IMG/VR virus record: IMGVR_UViG_3300031539_000026
Direction: 5' to 3' (one strand)
From: a virus
DNA length: 62,273 nucleotides
Shown piece after piece: positions 59,852-62,273 of the stretch. The translations under genes were made by a program, and so were the position numbers. Positions within the stretch are counted from its first letter, which is position 1. Every line of letters starts with the position of its first letter. The notes under the pieces are model-generated. The model was given only the letters and a program-made list of their open reading frames with translations. It was not told where the DNA came from and did no database searches.

Positions 59852-61780
59852 TCAGGCTGCGAACCGAACGATCCTGATCGTAATTTCTTCCGTGCCGTCC
59901 ATGAACGCCTGGAACGTGCAGGGCACCTTGAAATCGTCGCCAATGCCGGCCCCGGAATGCCTCTGGCCGTCCGTTATCTTCAAGCCCGGCATATCGAAAA
60001 CGTAACCGTTGCCGTCTGCATCCTGAAATACCTTGGCAAGCGAAGTGTCATCGAAATTCAGATACTTGTCGTAAAGCGTTTTGCCCTCGTAATAGGCCGT
60101 AAAAGAACCCGAGACATTGATACTGTTCGCTCCGAAGCTGAACGGCCCAAGTGTCCCAACTTTCGACCGTTCTCTCAGGTTGTTATTGATCGTCAAAGAG
60201 CAATCGAGTACGTCGATAGCGATAACGTTTTCGTAGATTCCCTGAACGTGGTCGATGGAGTTCATAACGTCGTTATCGTTCGGCTCTTCGTACCCGTCCC
60301 CGCCGCTTACCGTCTCGGATGTCTCTATCTGGCCCATCATGCCGAAGCTGCCGGTGATAATCCCATTCGTCCCGACAGTTAGTGTCATCTGATTCAGCAT
60401 ACAGCCTTTGAACAATGCAAGCTCGGTTGTCAGGTCTGAATATGTACGCTCGAAGTTGAATGAATTCTTTACCACGCCGTTGACAATAGAGCTGCCCTGT
60501 TTGATTGTGCGTGAAGTTCCGGCGGCTTCCGTCACGAGAGTCCCGTAAACGATTATCTTGGAAGCCGTGGCCGATGCGACCTTGAAGTAGCCGTTATCTG
60601 CTGTGGCTGTAAAGCTGGATGCCCTGATCCATTCATTCGCAACTACGCTTCCGAATCCATTGGCTGAGTCATTGAAAGAACTGTCACCGCTTGCCACGCT
60701 GATCGTAATGGCAGTGACCGTAACCGGGACCGTCCAGCCTGCCCCTGCCGTAGTCGTCCCGAGTGTCCCTCCGTTAAAGATATTGGTTACGGCTGCAAAC
60801 GTCTCGGTAGTTGCAATGGCATTGCCGGCCAGGCCGGGCAACATAGCCGTCAATACGGCAATATTTGTGGCAAAGGCGGCAATTGAGACGGTCGGATGTA
60901 ATGTCATGTTTGCAGCGTATCCGGTTCCGGGAGTTCCGCCCAGTGTGATAGCGTTTACTATATTGGCCTGAGTATTCGCAACTGCCGCCCCGACCTCAAT
61001 ATGACCGTCGATGTTATCCAGCGCACCGTTAAGATCGAAGTAATAAACCTTCGTATCAATTGTCATCGTATCGCCATTGGCCCCGGCCGCCGTTGTCCCA
61101 AGCGTGACAGCATCGAAAATGTTCAATCCAGAATCGAAGGTCTCTGTTGTTGCTATCGTATCGCCGGCTACGCCTGTGGCTATCGCGGTAATAATAGAAT
61201 CGTTCGCAGCAAATGTCCCCATTCGTACAAGAGGGTGTGGAGTTACGGTTGCCACGTAATATTCCATTCCCGCGGTCCCGGTACCATTGATCGTGGCGAC
61301 CAGGTTCGCTTGCGTAATCAATGCAGTTGAACCGATTTGAATATCATTGGCTTGGGTCATAATGGTTTTGAATCGATACGCAGTTGTGCCGATTGTCATA
61401 GTATCGCCATCGATGGGATTTACATCCAACGAGAGTAAACCCTGCGATGAATTTCCGCCCGTGCAGTTCGTATCGATTGTCAGCGTTCCCTGGGCCTTGA
61501 CGTTCGCAGACATCAAAACGCACGCCAGAAAATCGTCAAAGCTTCCGTAGCTGAATTCGAAATCCAGGCCGCCCGATACCGCCACCCTTGTTCTCGACAC
61601 GCCGACAATCTGCCTGTCCGGGCGGATCTCGTTACTGTTGGCAATGTCCGTATCCTGTTTGAGGCTTTCCCCGGTAAGCCTCACTTTCTGCAAATTGCAG
61701 CCAGTCACCTGCTGGCCGAACGTGGATTCCTGAGCGTATGCCAGCAATACTCTTGAAATGTCACTTATGGTCATAATCAT
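59852..61780 (-). CDS. Major tail (tube) protein carrying the ~253-aa shared module
   Basis: 642 aa, directly upstream of the chaperones. The flanks look like a tail-tube family. Residues ~95-347 match the insert in 11748-12947. Confidence 0.65.
   Translation of the reverse strand: MIMTISDISRVLLAYAQESTFGQQVTGCNLQKVRLTGESLKQDTDIANSNEIRPDRQIVGVSRTRVAVSGGLDFEFSYGSFDDFLACVLMSANVKAQGTLTIDTNCTGGNSSQGLLSLDVNPIDGDTMTIGTTAYRFKTIMTQANDIQIGSTALITQANLVATINGTGTAGMEYYVATVTPHPLVRMGTFAANDSIITAIATGVAGDTIATTETFDSGLNIFDAVTLGTTAAGANGDTMTIDTKVYYFDLNGALDNIDGHIEVGAAVANTQANIVNAITLGGTPGTGYAANMTLHPTVSIAAFATNIAVLTAMLPGLAGNAIATTETFAAVTNIFNGGTLGTTTAGAGWTVPVTVTAITISVASGDSSFNDSANGFGSVVANEWIRASSFTATADNGYFKVASATASKIIVYGTLVTEAAGTSRTIKQGSSIVNGVVKNSFNFERTYSDLTTELALFKGCMLNQMTLTVGTNGIITGSFGMMGQIETSETVSGGDGYEEPNDNDVMNSIDHVQGIYENVIAIDVLDCSLTINNNLRERSKVGTLGPFSFGANSINVSGSFTAYYEGKTLYDKYLNFDDTSLAKVFQDADGNGYVFDMPGLKITDGQRHSGAGIGDDFKVPCTFQAFMDGTEEITIRIVRFAA
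60740..61498 (-). repeat. Shared module copy 2, related to 12006-12779
   Basis: QGTLTIDTNCTGGNSSQGLLSLDVNP...DTMTIGTTAYRFK...ATTETF...DTMTIDTKVYYFD...ATTETF. Confidence 0.85.
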
Positions 61781-61801
61781 TCCCTTTCAAAGGATTTCTT
61801 T

Positions 61802-62209
61802 TTACCCGATATCATCGGCATAGAACGGGCATTCGACGTTAATCTGCCATTCATCGCCGCTCCTGCCGCGAGGGTATGTTGATGGAGTCCTAAATGTGAC
61901 CCCGGTGTCCGTAACTCGCTTAAAAGCCGTTTCGACCGCATCGGCCACCTCTAATAATGCTCCATCCCCCTTGCCGACAGGACCAAATAACTGTGCTATC
62001 ATAACCCCCGGCGTCCGGCCCCTGTTTCCCGTCGGGCTTCCTACCGACTTTTGAAGAGTTTCCCCAAACTTAACAGTCAGCCTGCACCATTTCGCATTGT
62101 CCGGATTGTCGTATTTTTGATTGTCGTATTGAGTGCCCAAAGACAGGGCGTCCGCTACCTGAGCCTTGAACCTGCTGCGTATCGCGTTGGCTATTGCTGT
62201 CTTTGTCAT
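61802..62209 (-). CDS. Tail terminator-like protein (DUF4128-like)
   Basis: 135 aa immediately upstream of the tail tube gene. Its N-terminal coding sequence is duplicated at 118-180. Confidence 0.55.
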   Translation of the reverse strand: MTKTAIANAIRSRFKAQVADALSLGTQYDNQKYDNPDNAKWCRLTVKFGETLQKSVGSPTGNRGRTPGVMIAQLFGPVGKGDGALLEVADAVETAFKRVTDTGVTFRTPSTYPRGRSGDEWQINVECPFYADDIG

Positions 62210-62273
62210 TCAATCACCGTGAACATATTCCTGAGCTCTTCGATTGTTATTGCAAGCATACCTTCCGGGGCCT
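62147..62273. repeat. Right-end 127-nt exact copy of 118-244 (circular closure / terminal redundancy)
   Basis: ggcgtccgctacctgagcc...accttccggggcct read at both places. The last 32 nt also equal 1-32. Confidence 0.9.

Overview
The window reads as one complete, self-closing ~62-kb temperate siphovirus-like phage (or excised prophage) genome. The right end (62147-62273) repeats 118-244. Gene order only makes sense across that junction: the HK97-gp10-like neck gene (177-623) is followed, across the junction, by the tail-terminator-like gene (61802-62209). Nearly all genes are on the minus strand. In minus-strand order the modules are:
- 47.7->45.2 kb: divergent promoter/operator switch, tyrosine integrase, two tRNAs, lysis-like genes.
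- 44.4->39.5 kb: YqaJ exonuclease, RecT, PolyA-pol/CCA-type nucleotidyltransferase, Rad50-like ATPase.
- 38.5->32.4 kb: ParB-like protein, C5 methyltransferase, radical-SAM-motif protein, replication organiser with in-gene iterons.
- 32->22 kb: RusA and many small genes.
- 21.9->10.8 kb: TerS, TerL, portal, MuF, scaffold, major capsid, decoration paralogues, connector.
- 9.8->3.7 kb: an unusual fibre block.
- Neck genes, then 62.2->49.6 kb: tail tube, G/GT chaperones, tape measure, distal tail, hub and J-like proteins.

A short plus-strand block (47.8-49.5 kb) encodes an RHH regulator and small membrane proteins and lipoproteins.

The most unusual observations are:
1. Five phased NNGTC pentanucleotide arrays bracket one gene at 22.9-24.1 kb.
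2. The TerL intein has its endonuclease slot filled by an HNH gene in a different reading frame, while the intein frame stays open.
3. A ~255-aa module is shared by a capsid-decoration paralogue and the tail tube protein.
4. A 1537-aa protein combines GLUG motifs with roughly 50-60 LGxTD repeats.
5. An ori-like iteron and GAAAC-pentamer cluster sits inside the replication gene.

All functional calls come from motif recognition by eye; no database search or folding program was run.
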